NCBI GenBank assembly: GCA_030672285.1
Contig: DAOVGS010000046.1
Span: 1 to 46,939 of the forward strand
Direction of reading: 5' to 3'
DNA from: Hadesarchaea archaeon
Lineage (GTDB): Archaea > Hadarchaeota > Hadarchaeia > Hadarchaeales > Hadarchaeaceae
Length of the DNA stretch: 46,939 nucleotides
This document shows positions 45,440 through 46,939 of the stretch, one piece after another; within the stretch, counting starts at the first letter, position 1; each line of letters begins with the position of its first letter. Under the pieces are notes generated by a model. That model was not told where the DNA came from, searched no databases, and saw only the letters and a list, made by a program, of their open reading frames with translations. A program made the translations under genes and the position numbers.

Positions 45440-46939
45440 CTATGGATCTATGTTAAATGAACTCGTGGCATCCCCGTCGAACTCCTGCGGGGTATCGTCG
45501 CCGCCGTAGGGGTATCTCGCTGAGGCCCAGGTGAATGCACCCTCTGCCGTGGTGCGCCCTTGTCCTATCAACCCTCTTTCGAGATACCAATATGTCCAAG
45601 CGCCATTTGAGTAGGCTGATACATCATAACCATACCCGGCTTCCTTGCATGTAGTCGTCATATATCTTTTAGTAGAGTTTATCAGTGCTCCATCCATCCC
45701 TCCTGAGTGACAGGAGTCGAAGAACACAAACAACTTGCCAGTGTAACCGGAGAGATCGCTCTGCAGTTCCGTGTCGGTGTAATATCCGGTATTGCCCCAT
45801 CTTGCATCATAAGCGCAGTACGCAGTGCGGCCGTCCGGTGCGCTGTCAGTCCCGTGACCTGAGAAGATGAGCGCGAGGGTGCCGTCAGCCCCCGCTCGGG
45901 TCGCTGCGTTCGTTATTGCGTTTCGAATGTTTGTCTCGGTCGCTTGGGAGTCGGTCAAAAAGGAACTTATGGTATATCCCTGCCCGACCAAGTAGGTCCT
46001 CCAGTCGTTGGCGTCGTTCACGCAGAATCGCAAATCGTTGATGTAATGGTAATCGTTTATTCCAACGATGACTGCATATTTGTTCGTTGGCGCAGGTGGT
46101 GCAGCTGCCGCGGTCTCCTTTCGATCGACGGTAAATCCGTACGCGGTTACCGAACCATCAGAAACCAATCGAACCTTTATGGAGCCCCCCAACACCCACG
46201 GGGTCCAGCGGTTGCGGTAGCTGCCGGTGTAGCTCGTGATGAGGTTGTTGTTTTCGTCGTAGATGTACACGTAGTCCCAGCCACTCTCGGTGTCCAGCTG
46301 GGTGAAATGGATTCGCATGTTCTCCGCCCCGGCCCCCCCGCTGACCGTCCAAGTTTGATCGTAGTTGTTCGGGTATGGGTGTGGCGATTCCGCGAGAGCG
46401 CCCGCAGTCGATAGCGAAACGTTAAGCGAGTAGGTTCCAGAGCCGCTGTAACGGTAGACCTCAATGAAGTAGTCGCCCGTGGAAGTCGCGCTGGGGGAGA
46501 CTGTGTCGGTCTGGCTCCCGCCGAGGGTGGATGAGTCAACTTGGGACTGGTTTGGATTGTAGAGGTAGAGGTCGAAATCAGCTCCTGAAGGAGGCGTCAA
46601 GGTGGCACTAATCGTCTGCCCGCTCGACACGCTCACCTTGTAGTAGTCGGTGGTATCTGTGTCATCCACATACCCCGAGCCACTCCCAGTGCTTATGGCT
46701 AGGGCCTGACCGAAGCTGTCGCCTGCGTCTTGGCCCGAGTTCCAGTCGTTCTGAGCGGCGGCTGCAGAAAGTGAAACACTAAACGAGTAGATTCCGGAGC
46801 CCGACCAATGCTCGACCCAGATGTAGAAGTAGCCAGATGAGGTTGCGGTTCCTGTAACCGTGTCGGTCTGGCTCCCGCCGTATGCCGAGGAGTCAACATA
46901 GCTCTGGCCGGTGTCGTAGAGGGTGAGGTCGAAGTCGGC
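45440..46939 (-). CDS. Multi-domain caspase-family (C14) peptidase: at least two PPC-like repeats + CUB + catalytic domain; 5' end outside the window
   Basis: The frame stays open for 90 more codons from 46669 to the window end. PPC-like ADFDL.LY twice; CUB ESPHPY.NN...HF...DTE...DYV; YAVIVGINDY...FSGHG...FDSCHSGG dyad. Confidence 0.88.
   Translation of the reverse strand, partial: ADFDLTLYDTGQSYVDSSAYGGSQTDTVTGTATSSGYFYIWVEHWSGSGIYSFSVSLSAAAAQNDWNSGQDAGDSFGQALAISTGSGSGYVDDTDTTDYYKVSVSSGQTISATLTPPSGADFDLYLYNPNQSQVDSSTLGGSQTDTVSPSATSTGDYFIEVYRYSGSGTYSLNVSLSTAGALAESPHPYPNNYDQTWTVSGGAGAENMRIHFTQLDTESGWDYVYIYDENNNLITSYTGSYRNRWTPWVLGGSIKVRLVSDGSVTAYGFTVDRKETAAAAPPAPTNKYAVIVGINDYHYINDLRFCVNDANDWRTYLVGQGYTISSFLTDSQATETNIRNAITNAATRAGADGTLALIFSGHGTDSAPDGRTAYCAYDARWGNTGYYTDTELQSDLSGYTGKLFVFFDSCHSGGMDGALINSTKRYMTTTCKEAGYGYDVSAYSNGAWTYWYLERGLIGQGRTTAEGAFTWASARYPYGGDDTPQEFDGDATSSFNIDP

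Overview
Archaeal chromosomal window. Gene order and content look euryarchaeal, possibly Hadarchaeota-like; this is an inference that cannot be confirmed from sequence alone. The backbone is a GC-rich, minus-strand housekeeping run: eno-rps2-MEMO1-ipk-fni-rnj-GGPP synthase ... gltX-rpl7ae-rps28e-rpl24e-ndk-aIF5B ... rps6e ... aIF2gamma-PIN-hppA-rpoE1-spt4-DUF359-rps24e-rps27ae ... kae1-bud32-rdgB-rps15 ... GAN/RecJ-like. More AT-rich accessory islets interrupt it repeatedly: an OB-fold membrane protein, wtpABC, two HEPN/MNT modules, a ~13 kb signalling island (solute-binding protein, SBP-histidine kinase fusion, receivers, PAS kinase, KaiC-like pair, 7-blade propeller surface protein), a DUF5661/TBP/SSB/DUF116 block and a PPC-CUB-caspase protein. 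Main observations not in the ORF track: (1) a 125-bp collapsed relic of the soluble pyrophosphatase gene directly behind the membrane pyrophosphatase that seems to have replaced it; (2) two islets bracketed by duplicated ends of the host gene, with no integrase in view; (3) four identical 18-bp copies of the ITERKR-coding DNA at signalling-module junctions; (4) a shared palindrome about 90-105 bp upstream of three translation genes; (5) an rps27ae gene missed by the track. I recognised no tRNA, rRNA, CRISPR array or transposase.
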